Shown here in pieces: positions 34,931-44,339 of a stretch of 49,201 nt of DNA (position 1 is the stretch's first letter; every line of letters starts with the position of its first letter). The position numbers and the translations under genes are program-made. Source of the stretch: Euryarchaeota archaeon UBA251. Lineage in GTDB: Archaea > Thermoplasmatota > Poseidoniia > Poseidoniales > Thalassarchaeaceae. The stretch covers positions 1-49,201 of the forward strand of contig DAFJ01000059.1 in the NCBI GenBank assembly GCA_002497905.1, read 5' to 3'. The notes under the pieces are model-generated. The model did no database searches. It had not been told where the DNA came from and was given only the letters and a program-made list of their open reading frames with translations.

Positions 34931-36718
34931 TCACTCCTCGTCCTTACTGGGTCGCATTGTCCAAGCCATCCAACCAGCGGCGAGGACAACCAAAATCAAT
35001 GCCGGCATGAATCCTGATACAGCCTCGATAGTTCTAGGTCGTGCGCCACTCACCATGAGATATTCCTCATTGTTACCCTCATCTTTCTCCGGGATCGTGT
35101 CATCCGGATCTACGACGAGCCTTAGGTCATATTCGCCGGCAGCCAGTAGTTGAACATTGAATGGGTCGAGTTCCGCTCGCATCTGATAGAGGTCGCCTGC
35201 TTCAAGAGTTCGAGTTTCCAGAGTTGTCCAATTGGTATCTGAGGTTCGGTCACTAGGAGCCATCTCAAGTCGTACTATGAGAGATCCAGTATGTACCTGG
35301 TTGGATACGACTGTTCCGGTGACATTGATTTGATCGCCAGTATTTGCAGCGACAATCAGGCGATCCACATTTACATCCTCAAGAGTGAAGTCAATTCCCG
35401 GTACTATGCGTACATAAGTTGGCGGGCTGATGACCTGATTTCCTGCAACATCAACCATCACAGCAGAGAGTGCTAGCCAATCACCTTCTTTCGTGCTCCA
35501 GTCAATCCCTGAGGGCGCTCCAGAGGAAAGAGTCGCATTCATCCCTGTGCCGAGATCAAGCCAGCGATTGGTGATATCTGGAATGCTCCCTGCTCCGTCT
35601 CTGTCGAAGCCGTAGCGAAGGGTTGTATTGCCTTCATCGATGCCAGAGTGACTATCTGTTGCAAGAAGTGAAACGGTGACATCAACCATTGTCCTCGAGG
35701 TAATTTCGGGCACTGACCATCCACCTGAGACCGCATCGGTGCGATCAGTCCAGAATACATGGTCAGTTGTACTGCCAGTGTTGCCGAGCCTATCTATGGC
35801 ACGAAAACTCATGGTAACCTGCCCTTCAGTTAATGGAAGAGTTGTAATTGCACCCGATCCAAAATTTGCCCATTCGCCATCGCCGGCGCGCCATTCGTAG
35901 TGATCAATTCCACTTCCTCCCGAGTCGGTAGCTCCTGAGGAGACCCCTCCTACTGTAACGAAGGATTGGTCAGTCCAAGTTTCGGTTGGCACAGAGAAGG
36001 CCGGTGTCCCTATACTCGGACCGCTTCGATCGATACCGAGATACAAGGTTCGAACCGCTGTGTTCCCTGCTTCGTCATGAACAGTCAGAATCACATCGTG
36101 GGTTCCTTCGTCAAGATCTCCAGGAGCCCACGACCAGCGGTTTAGCAGCGTACCCGGTCCGTCAGAGGGTGGATTCCCTGTCCCAGGAGCAGATGTGACA
36201 ACTGCCTTCTCGAGGTTGTCATCTGATGCGGACCACCGGAAAATCATGACACTATTCGCCTCGATGTCAAACCAAGCACGGTTTGAGGTGCTAGACCCGT
36301 CACCAACCGTTGCATCATCGACGGTGAAGATGAGGGATGAGGGGGCAGTATTGTCAATTACGAATATCCCTGTTGTTACGACCACATCCGCGCTGCCATC
36401 GGTTTGGTGTCCGGTAATACGGAGACGATAGTCCCCATCATTGTGTCCAGTAGTGTCCCAATTGGTCGACCAAGGAGTTGTTGTGAGGTTGTCAACTTCA
36501 GACCACACTCCATTTTCTTCGATTTCTATAAGCACGGAATCTAATCCATCAATATTGACGACTTGGATTGATTGGCTGCCTCCGATTACCTCCCCCACTT
36601 CCGGAGGATCAACGAAGTCCAATTGTCCGCTTCTAGCATCAGTAGCCCCTACACAGGTCGTACCAATGCTCAGAAGCATTAGGGCTACGAGGAAGACGGA
36701 CGGGGCGATACGCTGCAT
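34931..36718 (-). CDS. Secreted Ig-like/CARDB protein with C-terminal membrane anchor (SGF variant of PGF-CTERM-like tail)
   Basis: Signal peptide; WDTT..DGDY Ig repeats; VDPDDTIPEKDEGNN; tail VSGFMPALILVVLAAGWMAWTMR. Confidence 0.85.
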   Translation of the reverse strand: MQRIAPSVFLVALMLLSIGTTCVGATDARSGQLDFVDPPEVGEVIGGSQSIQVVNIDGLDSVLIEIEENGVWSEVDNLTTTPWSTNWDTTGHNDGDYRLRITGHQTDGSADVVVTTGIFVIDNTAPSSLIFTVDDATVGDGSSTSNRAWFDIEANSVMIFRWSASDDNLEKAVVTSAPGTGNPPSDGPGTLLNRWSWAPGDLDEGTHDVILTVHDEAGNTAVRTLYLGIDRSGPSIGTPAFSVPTETWTDQSFVTVGGVSSGATDSGGSGIDHYEWRAGDGEWANFGSGAITTLPLTEGQVTMSFRAIDRLGNTGSTTDHVFWTDRTDAVSGGWSVPEITSRTMVDVTVSLLATDSHSGIDEGNTTLRYGFDRDGAGSIPDITNRWLDLGTGMNATLSSGAPSGIDWSTKEGDWLALSAVMVDVAGNQVISPPTYVRIVPGIDFTLEDVNVDRLIVAANTGDQINVTGTVVSNQVHTGSLIVRLEMAPSDRTSDTNWTTLETRTLEAGDLYQMRAELDPFNVQLLAAGEYDLRLVVDPDDTIPEKDEGNNEEYLMVSGARPRTIEAVSGFMPALILVVLAAGWMAWTMRPSKDEE

Positions 36719-36811
36719 GGGATGCCCCAGATGTGCAAGCGCACGCCCTTCAATCCTTTCACGCTGAACGCAGCGGGAGCGTTGAAGTGCCCCGATGTCC
36801 CATCGTGCAGC

Positions 36812-39493
36812 ATGAGACCCGCTCTCATCGTAGCCATACTCCTCTTCAGTCCGGTGCTAGGTATGGTGGCAGCATCATCTGCTGGAGATATTTCGGTAGA
36901 TGAAACGGATATCCAGATTATAGGCGATCTTGAGAATGGGGCATCTGTTACCGTTGAAGTTACCATTCATAATTCAGGGGCTGCAACGGCATCTGTCTGG
37001 TGGGAGCTTAGTCAGGGCTCTTCAAAGATTCACGAAGGTTCCTTCATCTCGGTTGCTGCAGGTGGTACAACTACGACTCAGACAGTGACAGATTTGACTG
37101 CCGCAGGATCGATGACCATTACGGCTGATTTCTCGTCAGATGGTATCGCTGCGAGTCAGTCGAAGATGTTCAGCGTTGCAGATAGACCGAATTTGATAAT
37201 CGGCTCTCTTCTAGTCGACCCACCTGGTCCATATTATCCCGGTGACACATTTAGTGCAAATGTCCGTGTAGACAATATTGGAGGTGCTTCCGCCGCTGCG
37301 AATAGTATCTCGTTCGCTATTGGTGAGGCGAGCCCCAGTGAATATCCTGTGGCGCCTCTATCAGCTGGTCAATCAGTATGGGTCAATCGTACTATGAGTG
37401 CTCCAACTGCAAATTCTGAACTAACGGTTGTGGTAAACAGCAATCAGAACGATGGAGTGCTAGAGTCTCAAATCGATGACAACGAGCAAACAACTCAACT
37501 CGTTATACAGAGTCCTCCTAATTTCTTCCATGATGATTCCGGAGTGCTTGTCGATACATCTAGCAGCGCTCTTACTGGACCATGGACACTTTCGGGAACA
37601 ATACTCCGTCAGGGTGGTTCAGGTTCCGCTAGTGTACCTTTGCAGTTCAAGCGTGCCAACGATGGACCACTCGTCCACTCCATCTCTGTTGAGTTCGCCG
37701 ATGGACAATCGTCCTCCGCTTGGACCGCTACATTGGATGACACTATGTTCCTTGAGACAGAGGGAGAGATTATGCTCGATGCAATCATCGATGACTCTGG
37801 AACACTTCAGGAAATTAGTACTTTTGACAATACGGAGGACTTCTCAATAATCCTCTATCCTGAACCCAATGTCGTAGTTTCCTCCCTAGCTGTAGCCTCT
37901 CCTCAACAGGCGAAGGATGGTGACCCAGTCACCTTTACTGTAAGCGTCCAAAACGTTGGTTCACTCACAGTAATTGGAGAGATGTCTGCAACCCTAGATG
38001 GGGAGCCTCTCACTCCAGTGGGTCGATCAATACCTGCGCCATCTGCGACAGAATCTGGAAGCATCAGCATTGAGTTCAGTGGAGTTGCACGCGGGGATAT
38101 TACCCGAGAGATTCCATTCACTGCGACTTGGATTGCAAACAGTAACAGCTATGATTCATCCACAGAGGATAATACCGCTACGGGTTCCGTACAATTAGTG
38201 AGTGATCTGAAAATCAGATTCCTTTCTGATGAAAGTTGGAACGTTGATCCTCCTCTGCGTCCAAATGAACCAGCCGTATATTCTGTCACCGTTACTGCCC
38301 AAGAGGGATCAGGCATCGAGACCTTCGTTTGTAGGGATCAGTCAACTGGAGAAGATCTTGGAACGACTGTGGTGAATCTTCCTCAAGTTGGTAATAATGA
38401 CATTGTGAGTTGTGAAGTCACACCAACGCAGGTAGGCGATCTACAACTCGCAATCATTGCTCTGAATGGAACTGTTCCATCCAAGACCTCTGTCTGGACA
38501 GTAGCAGCACTAACTGATGTACAGATTGATCCTAACGAAGCAAACCGAACACTTGGATTCACACTCATCATCGTCATGGGATTACTTGGTATCCTTGCGC
38601 TCGTTGCAGCCGTGATTCTAACTCGTCGTGTAATTGAGAATACGGAGCGTGAAACCTTCGATCTTTGTCCTGCCTGTGGTGGTGAGATTGAAGGCGATGA
38701 GGAAGCTTGTCCATACTGTGACTTCGAGCTTCGTAAAGGATTCGAGAAGTTCCACGATTGTGGTAATTGTGGCAGTCCTGTACCTTCTTCCATGGACAAC
38801 TGTCCTTACTGTGGGGCAGGTCAGGAGGTTAGTGATCACTATGAGCAGCGAGAACGACGTACAATCCCTGTTCTTGATGATGAGCCGGAGGAGGAGGAAG
38901 AAGATGAGAACGAGATTGTTCTCGGCACTAGTGACTTTGGTGATCAAATCCAAGCCTTCGGTGTATCCGAGGATGCAGTTGAGGAGGATTGGGAAGATGG
39001 CCTAGAGAGCGCTGAGGCCCAGATTCGCGATATCGAAGAGGAATACGAGCGTATCACCTCTGTAATTGAGGATGAAGAGATGGGCGAAGAAATCGTCGAA
39101 ACTGCACTTCAGGCTCAACAACTTGAATCTAGCCGCGATCTGGACTCTTTCCTCGACGATAAAGGAAAGCGCCGTGCACTCAAGGATGAGGATGTTGAGT
39201 TGAGTGCGAGCGATGCGAATATCCGTCAGGATCTGTATGATTTGACTGGAGAACAAGGTGTCATGCCAGGTGAGGAGGTCGTCTACGACGAACTTTCCGA
39301 CCCATCATCTCAAGTCGGTAAGGAGATAGATACTGACCGTGTAAGCGATTTCTCTTCTCTATCTGCTGAAGCCGGCCACACTGAAGGCCTTGTTGATGAG
39401 TCTCAAGTGCAGGAATCTGAGGACAAGCCAAAGCGACGCAGAAGCTTACGAAGGAAGGATAAGTCCGACGAATCAGAAGAATCGCAGGATTGA
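36812..39493 (+). CDS. CARDB-repeat membrane protein with double zinc ribbon and long acidic cytoplasmic tail
   Basis: Signal peptide MRPALIVAILLFSP; CARDB-like 'VxNxG...ExxxxDN'; TM; CPAC-CPYC-CGNC-CPYC. Confidence 0.87.
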   Translation: MRPALIVAILLFSPVLGMVAASSAGDISVDETDIQIIGDLENGASVTVEVTIHNSGAATASVWWELSQGSSKIHEGSFISVAAGGTTTTQTVTDLTAAGSMTITADFSSDGIAASQSKMFSVADRPNLIIGSLLVDPPGPYYPGDTFSANVRVDNIGGASAAANSISFAIGEASPSEYPVAPLSAGQSVWVNRTMSAPTANSELTVVVNSNQNDGVLESQIDDNEQTTQLVIQSPPNFFHDDSGVLVDTSSSALTGPWTLSGTILRQGGSGSASVPLQFKRANDGPLVHSISVEFADGQSSSAWTATLDDTMFLETEGEIMLDAIIDDSGTLQEISTFDNTEDFSIILYPEPNVVVSSLAVASPQQAKDGDPVTFTVSVQNVGSLTVIGEMSATLDGEPLTPVGRSIPAPSATESGSISIEFSGVARGDITREIPFTATWIANSNSYDSSTEDNTATGSVQLVSDLKIRFLSDESWNVDPPLRPNEPAVYSVTVTAQEGSGIETFVCRDQSTGEDLGTTVVNLPQVGNNDIVSCEVTPTQVGDLQLAIIALNGTVPSKTSVWTVAALTDVQIDPNEANRTLGFTLIIVMGLLGILALVAAVILTRRVIENTERETFDLCPACGGEIEGDEEACPYCDFELRKGFEKFHDCGNCGSPVPSSMDNCPYCGAGQEVSDHYEQRERRTIPVLDDEPEEEEEDENEIVLGTSDFGDQIQAFGVSEDAVEEDWEDGLESAEAQIRDIEEEYERITSVIEDEEMGEEIVETALQAQQLESSRDLDSFLDDKGKRRALKDEDVELSASDANIRQDLYDLTGEQGVMPGEEVVYDELSDPSSQVGKEIDTDRVSDFSSLSAEAGHTEGLVDESQVQESEDKPKRRRSLRRKDKSDESEESQD

Positions 39494-39518
39494 ATGGGGG
39501 GCGCCGTTCTTCGTAGAC

Positions 39519-39583
39519 TGCCTGAGTGATGACAGAGTGGGTCAGAGCGTAGCGTTGACGAACCCTATGAGTGCAGACAGGCG
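39519..39583 (+). ncRNA. Box C/D guide sRNA, probable sR-tMet-like (2'-O-methylation of C34 in pre-tRNA-Met)
   Basis: Terminal stem GCCTG(39520-24)/CAGGC(39578-82); C box GTGATGA 39526-32; D' CAGA 39543-46; C' TTGACGA 39555-61; D CAGA 39574-77. D guide ACCCTATGAGTG is antisense to CACUCAUAGGGU. Confidence 0.78.
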
Positions 39584-39600
39584 AATACTGAGGGGACGAG

Positions 39601-40236
39601 ATGAAGCGAAAAAGCGCCCTACACCGCCGCTCTATCCTCGCATCTTTGATTGTTCTAGTGATGCTTAGTCCAGGATGTTTGAGCTTGGTCACAAGTCGCG
39701 AGATGATGGAAGGAATGAGAGCCGAGTATGAGGTGTACAATCGTCAATCAACCGAAGGTTGGGCGTATACCTTCGATACCCAGAATACGCAGGCTGTACA
39801 ATATACAAATCAGACAGATGTCCCAATAGATTCCACTGTGAGTGAGTTCGAGATTCTCTTCGATGCCACATTCCCTTGGTCAGATACTGTGAATGACACC
39901 TTCCCAGGCGTGCAAGATCTCGTAGATGTTCGCTATGCTGAAGCATCATTATGGAGGCCTGGGGAGTACCCCTCTGGAACTCCGTTTTGGACCGAACGAA
40001 CAACTGCCAACTACGAGCAGACTCGCTTCCGATACGTGAATGAGGCATCATCACCTTTTGAGGCCGGGGACTGGCAACTCACTATCGATGCGCAGGGCAT
40101 CGGAATCGAAACTCCTGTGGATATCTTAGATATCTATGATTCATTCACAGTGTATGTCACTGTCACTCGACCTTGTGTCCACTTCGAAGAGGTACATGAG
40201 GACGGCGAGTGCACAGATCTCATTCTGCTTGATTGA
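39601..40236 (+). CDS. Putative Tat-exported lipoprotein
   Basis: RRSIL, then a hydrophobic stretch, then an SPGC lipobox-like motif; acidic body. Confidence 0.75.
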   Translation: MKRKSALHRRSILASLIVLVMLSPGCLSLVTSREMMEGMRAEYEVYNRQSTEGWAYTFDTQNTQAVQYTNQTDVPIDSTVSEFEILFDATFPWSDTVNDTFPGVQDLVDVRYAEASLWRPGEYPSGTPFWTERTTANYEQTRFRYVNEASSPFEAGDWQLTIDAQGIGIETPVDILDIYDSFTVYVTVTRPCVHFEEVHEDGECTDLILLD

Positions 40237-41449
40237 TAAGCCGGTCTGGACATTCCTCTCGTCGTGAACAATGAGCGCATTTTCCTGTACGCTCGTGGTC
40301 ACGTTCTGCTCCACCTTCAACCATAGTTCGTTGAATATCGATTATCATGTCCTTCATCTCGTGCTTGGCGGCCGTAGTCCATTCGATTGAATGGACAGAT
40401 TCAGATCCGTAGCGGAGAAGTCCAAAGGGTGGAGAGTTTCCTGTTACGGCAGTGATTAGTTGGAGATATGCCAATACTTGGAAACGATGACTCTTGTGTG
40501 GATTTTTTGGAGTTCTACCGGACTTGAACTCAACTGGAATCAGGTCCTCTCCTATTTTCGTAATTTGATCAGGGCGCCCTCGAAGACCGGATTCAGGATC
40601 CTCAAGGAGAAGAGCACCCCCTCCATCACTGTACCGGATTTCTCCTAATCCTTCCATCCCAATTTTTGCGTCATTTTCTTCGAAATTCTGGTTTGCTCGT
40701 AGTGCCGCTTGTAGCCGTGTGTTTGCAAGCAACGTCCAAACAAGAGCGATTACAAGCATAGCAAAGGTCGCTACACTTCGATTATCTGCGAAATTTAGGG
40801 CAATTCCATGAAGACTTAGGGCAACTGCTGCAAACAGAATCAACGCTTCTGGACGACCGAAGGTAAACCAGCCTTCCTGAGAAAGGCGCCATGGCTTCGA
40901 TAATGGATGGAGATTATCTTTGATTTCAGACAGATCTTTTGGTGCATCAACAAACTCTTCGTCCCAACCAATCCACGTCCTCCAAGGGAGGAAAAGTAGA
41001 GCAATAGCAAGTAGAAGCCAAACAAGAGCGAGTAGTACGAGATATCCTCCGATGGATTTGGCGATCTGATCATCAATCGTTCCGTCCTGAACGAAATAGA
41101 AAGCAGCTGTATCTGCCGCGAGGGTGAGTACCACTGAGAACCACCAAGACCAGATGACGAGGTTCTTGGTGAATCGTTCCCGCGCCTGATTCCTTTCGAT
41201 GATCATCATGTGGAGTTTTTCATGCTCTTCGATACCACGTTGGACTTCATCTCCTTTGGCCGCAACACCTTCTTGGGACAATCTCCAACTCATCGGACAG
41301 TATACAAATCGCTCTACATCCGATGCCGATACGTGAATCGGTTTTTCGTTAGAATCTACCCAAAAACCTTGGTCGGTTTTACGACCTTCCATGAGCGGAA
41401 GGCGGAGCGATTCAGATAGGTTCACGGGGCTAGTCTGAAGTTCCTCCAT
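40220..41449 (-). CDS. Solo Cas4/Dna2-like PD-(D/E)XK nuclease with Fe-S cysteines and four inserted TM helices
   Basis: Motifs VSASDVERFVYCP, G..EH, LRGRPD, PVEFKSG, QVLAY and KCAHCSRREEC. The start could be ATG 41392 instead. Confidence 0.85.
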   Translation of the reverse strand: MEELQTSPVNLSESLRLPLMEGRKTDQGFWVDSNEKPIHVSASDVERFVYCPMSWRLSQEGVAAKGDEVQRGIEEHEKLHMMIIERNQARERFTKNLVIWSWWFSVVLTLAADTAAFYFVQDGTIDDQIAKSIGGYLVLLALVWLLLAIALLFLPWRTWIGWDEEFVDAPKDLSEIKDNLHPLSKPWRLSQEGWFTFGRPEALILFAAVALSLHGIALNFADNRSVATFAMLVIALVWTLLANTRLQAALRANQNFEENDAKIGMEGLGEIRYSDGGGALLLEDPESGLRGRPDQITKIGEDLIPVEFKSGRTPKNPHKSHRFQVLAYLQLITAVTGNSPPFGLLRYGSESVHSIEWTTAAKHEMKDMIIDIQRTMVEGGAERDHERTGKCAHCSRREECPDRLINQAE

Positions 41450-41543
41450 CTAAGGTCTTGGTACGAATTGCGCGGTAATCTAAGAGAGATAGCGCAGCGA
41501 AGTGGTTATGAATGGGCGGAAAGTGGGCGCGTTGCTGAGTAAC

Positions 41544-42155
41544 ATGATGGAAGTCGATTACCTCATTCCCCGGGACATGTATGAGCAGCATTTCGTGCAT
41601 ATTGGAACCCAACAAAGTAGTGCACATATGACCCCGTTCCTTGAGCCCGAGAAGCAGGAAGGTACAGGCCTCTACTTGATTGATCTTGAGCAGACGAACA
41701 GCCGTTTCTTCACAGTTGCTAACTTCCTAAGTCGCTTCAAGCCCGAGAACATCCTTGTTGTCAGTGCTCGCCAGTATGGCCAGCGTCCTGCCCGCCGTTT
41801 CGCTCAGGCGATTGGCGCCCGACATATTGTAGGCCGCTTCATCCCCGGTACTCTGACAAATCCTCGTCTACGCAGTTACATCGAGCCCGAGGTCATCATT
41901 GTCACAGATCCTCAGGCTGACCAGCAAGCACTGTCTGAGGCAGTTAATACAGGACTTCCAGTAGTCGGTATCTGTGATGCTAACAACACGCTCCGCTTCG
42001 TCGACCTAGTTCTTCCAGCTAACAACAAGGGTCGTCGTAGTCTTGCTCTAGTTTACTGGCTCCTCGCCCGCGAGGTAGTCAAGGCACAGGGGCGCGTCTC
42101 TGACGATGATTGGGCGAAGGCCGAGCAGATTGAGGACTGGGAGTCCTCCTTCTGA
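41544..42155 (+). CDS. rps2: 30S ribosomal protein S2 (uS2)
   Basis: Motifs VHIGTQ, GRFIPGTLTNP, VTDPQADQQAL, CDANN and PANNKGRRSLALVYWLLAREV. Confidence 0.97.
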   Translation: MMEVDYLIPRDMYEQHFVHIGTQQSSAHMTPFLEPEKQEGTGLYLIDLEQTNSRFFTVANFLSRFKPENILVVSARQYGQRPARRFAQAIGARHIVGRFIPGTLTNPRLRSYIEPEVIIVTDPQADQQALSEAVNTGLPVVGICDANNTLRFVDLVLPANNKGRRSLALVYWLLAREVVKAQGRVSDDDWAKAEQIEDWESSF

Positions 42156-42196
42156 TTATTCGTCACTGTCAAGACCTCATGCCCCTCCCCGCGGCT

Positions 42197-43195
42197 ATGG
42201 ACCCTGTCCCGTTGTTCCTAGCCCCTATGGCGGGGGTGACGGATCTTCCGTTCCGACTTCTTGCTCGAGAATGTGGTGCAGATATCACGGTGACAGAGTT
42301 CACAGCCGCAGCTGGCCTGAATCGAGACGATGCGCGAAGTTGGCGTCGTCTCGAATCAGATCCTCGGGAATCTCCGTTCATTCCACAGATTTTCGGAGGT
42401 GTCGAGGAGGAGATGGTTGGCACAACACGAGCATTGTCCTCTGTCGCTGATGTCATCGATCTCAATTTTGGTTGTCCGGCTCCAAAGGTCTGTAGGAACT
42501 CAGCAGGTGCCGCTCTTCTCGGTGAACCTGATCGCCTTGTTTCGATGGTCAGAGCATGTATTGCAGCGAGTGATGTTCCTGTCAGCGTTAAGGTTAGACT
42601 TGGCACCGGTTCGGGGCCAAATACTGCCCTCAATATCGCTCATCGCCTCGAAGCTGAAGGCATCCTACGAATAGCAGTCCATGGCCGAACATTACGTCAG
42701 CGGTACTCTGGAGATGCTGATTGGCTCCAGATTAAGGAAATGGTAGATGCTTTGTCTATTCCAGTGATTGCCAATGGCGATGTAATCAATGCAGATTCAG
42801 CGAGGAGGTGCCTGGAGGTTACGAATGCGGCGGGTCTGATGATTGGTCGTGCCGCTATCGGTAATCCAGACATATTCCGTCGAATCAAATCGGGTTTGGG
42901 TTGGTCTACTAGTCCTGCCCCATGGGCGGATCTAGAAGCACAGGCTACACCAGGTGGAGAACGTGCAGCAATCAAGCTCTGGGCTTGGCGACGTTACTGT
43001 GAATTGGCGAAGGAGGCATACGGTGACAGGCGCAATAATCACCTCAAGCGACATGCAATCTCATTCACGAAGGGTATTGCTGGTGCTAGTAAGATGCGCA
43101 TCCGTCTACATAGCACCCTTGAAGCAAAGGATCTAATGCATACTGTCGAGGAGTTTCTTGAGACCTCTATGCGAGGTAATAGCATCATTGTCTGA
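42197..43195 (+). CDS. dus: tRNA-dihydrouridine synthase (DusB-like)
   Basis: Motifs LAPMAGVTDLPFR, DLNFGCP, GAALL, VHGRT, IANGD and GLMIGRAAIGNP. Confidence 0.93.
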   Translation: MDPVPLFLAPMAGVTDLPFRLLARECGADITVTEFTAAAGLNRDDARSWRRLESDPRESPFIPQIFGGVEEEMVGTTRALSSVADVIDLNFGCPAPKVCRNSAGAALLGEPDRLVSMVRACIAASDVPVSVKVRLGTGSGPNTALNIAHRLEAEGILRIAVHGRTLRQRYSGDADWLQIKEMVDALSIPVIANGDVINADSARRCLEVTNAAGLMIGRAAIGNPDIFRRIKSGLGWSTSPAPWADLEAQATPGGERAAIKLWAWRRYCELAKEAYGDRRNNHLKRHAISFTKGIAGASKMRIRLHSTLEAKDLMHTVEEFLETSMRGNSIIV

Positions 43196-44303
43196 GGCTT
43201 ACGTACTTCTCAGTAATCGTCTCTAATCTTCGGAGTAATCGTTCAACACGATCTTCAATCCTACGCTTCACCGTTGCTGCATCCGCTCCTGCAAGTCGGT
43301 ATCCATATGGTACCCGGCCGCCAAGGGTATTCACTAGGAGACAACGAGCCTCAAGGTCGACATTATTGAGGACATTCTCCACTGTTTCTGTGGTCAGTTG
43401 GTCCTTCTTCAGAGAATCGATAATGGTAGTCGAAACTACATCATCAAGTCGGCTTAGACCTCCACGCCCCATCAGCCAACGTTCTCCTCTACTTGCCCAT
43501 TGGTGGGTTAGACCTACGAAGACGTCATGCGGAATCCGGTCACTTAGGAGAACACGTTCAACCATGTGACTGGCTCGAAAACGGTCTAGGACACCAAGAA
43601 CTCTAGTCCGAGTCTCTGATGTCTTATCCATGATTACATCTGCAGTTATCGGACGTAGTGAGTTTGCTAGAACATCGAAGGTTCTCAAGGCGAGATCGTC
43701 TTCGATACGTCCTCGAGCACCACAGTATCCAAGATCTCGCATTAGATGATGCAATTCATCCTCACTCTCATTCATTGGACCGGATTCAGCTATAGTAATG
43801 CGGAATGAGAGGTCTTCAGTTCCTTGCTGTAATGCTTCAAGCACCATCCTTTCATCTGATTTCACAATACGATTGTCGAATGCTGCAAGGCGTTGCCTCA
43901 GAATAGTACGTGCTTGATTTGCCATGAGTTCTATGGTGTGAGGTAACGATCCATTTCGGAGAACATGATGCTTCCATCTTTCTTCAGTGACTACACTCAA
44001 GATTCCAGCAGATCTCAACTTAACCAGTTGATGGTGTAGAGCAGTGGAACTCATTCCTGATGTTTCTTGGAGAGTCCGAGTATCCCATCCTCTCCGTGGT
44101 TCTGCAAGGAACTGATCTCGCATCAGTCGATGTAGGGCGCCACGAGAATCTTCGACTGATTCACCTTGTCCACGTCGCCGGATAAGTCCGAGAGAATCGA
44201 GAATCCAAGCTAGGTGGACATCTGGGTCATCTGTGCCAATAGGCATCGGATGCTCCTCAAGCTTCAGGATGAACACATACCTTGTTCTTGGGTTCAGGCT
44301 CAA
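43185..44303 (-). CDS. Tandem-duplicated winged-helix (ArsR-like) DNA-binding protein
   Basis: Two similar halves: LAWILDSLGL...SGMSSTALHHQLVKLRSAGIL and LHHLMRDLGY...TSETRTRVLGVLDRFRASHMV. Confidence 0.72.
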   Translation of the reverse strand: MSLNPRTRYVFILKLEEHPMPIGTDDPDVHLAWILDSLGLIRRRGQGESVEDSRGALHRLMRDQFLAEPRRGWDTRTLQETSGMSSTALHHQLVKLRSAGILSVVTEERWKHHVLRNGSLPHTIELMANQARTILRQRLAAFDNRIVKSDERMVLEALQQGTEDLSFRITIAESGPMNESEDELHHLMRDLGYCGARGRIEDDLALRTFDVLANSLRPITADVIMDKTSETRTRVLGVLDRFRASHMVERVLLSDRIPHDVFVGLTHQWASRGERWLMGRGGLSRLDDVVSTTIIDSLKKDQLTTETVENVLNNVDLEARCLLVNTLGGRVPYGYRLAGADAATVKRRIEDRVERLLRRLETITEKYVSLRQ

Positions 44304-44339
44304 TAGGATTCGGACGAAGACATACGAATGAACCTTGAT

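Noticed and set aside
39261-39740. ORFs spanning the 39494-39600 intergenic gap
   Set aside because: They overlap real genes on both sides and lack motifs; the gap is better explained by the C/D sRNA.
40220-41449. CRISPR-Cas locus suggested by the Cas4-like gene
   Set aside because: No cas1, cas2 or effector genes and no repeat-spacer array seen in the window; the neighbours are housekeeping genes.
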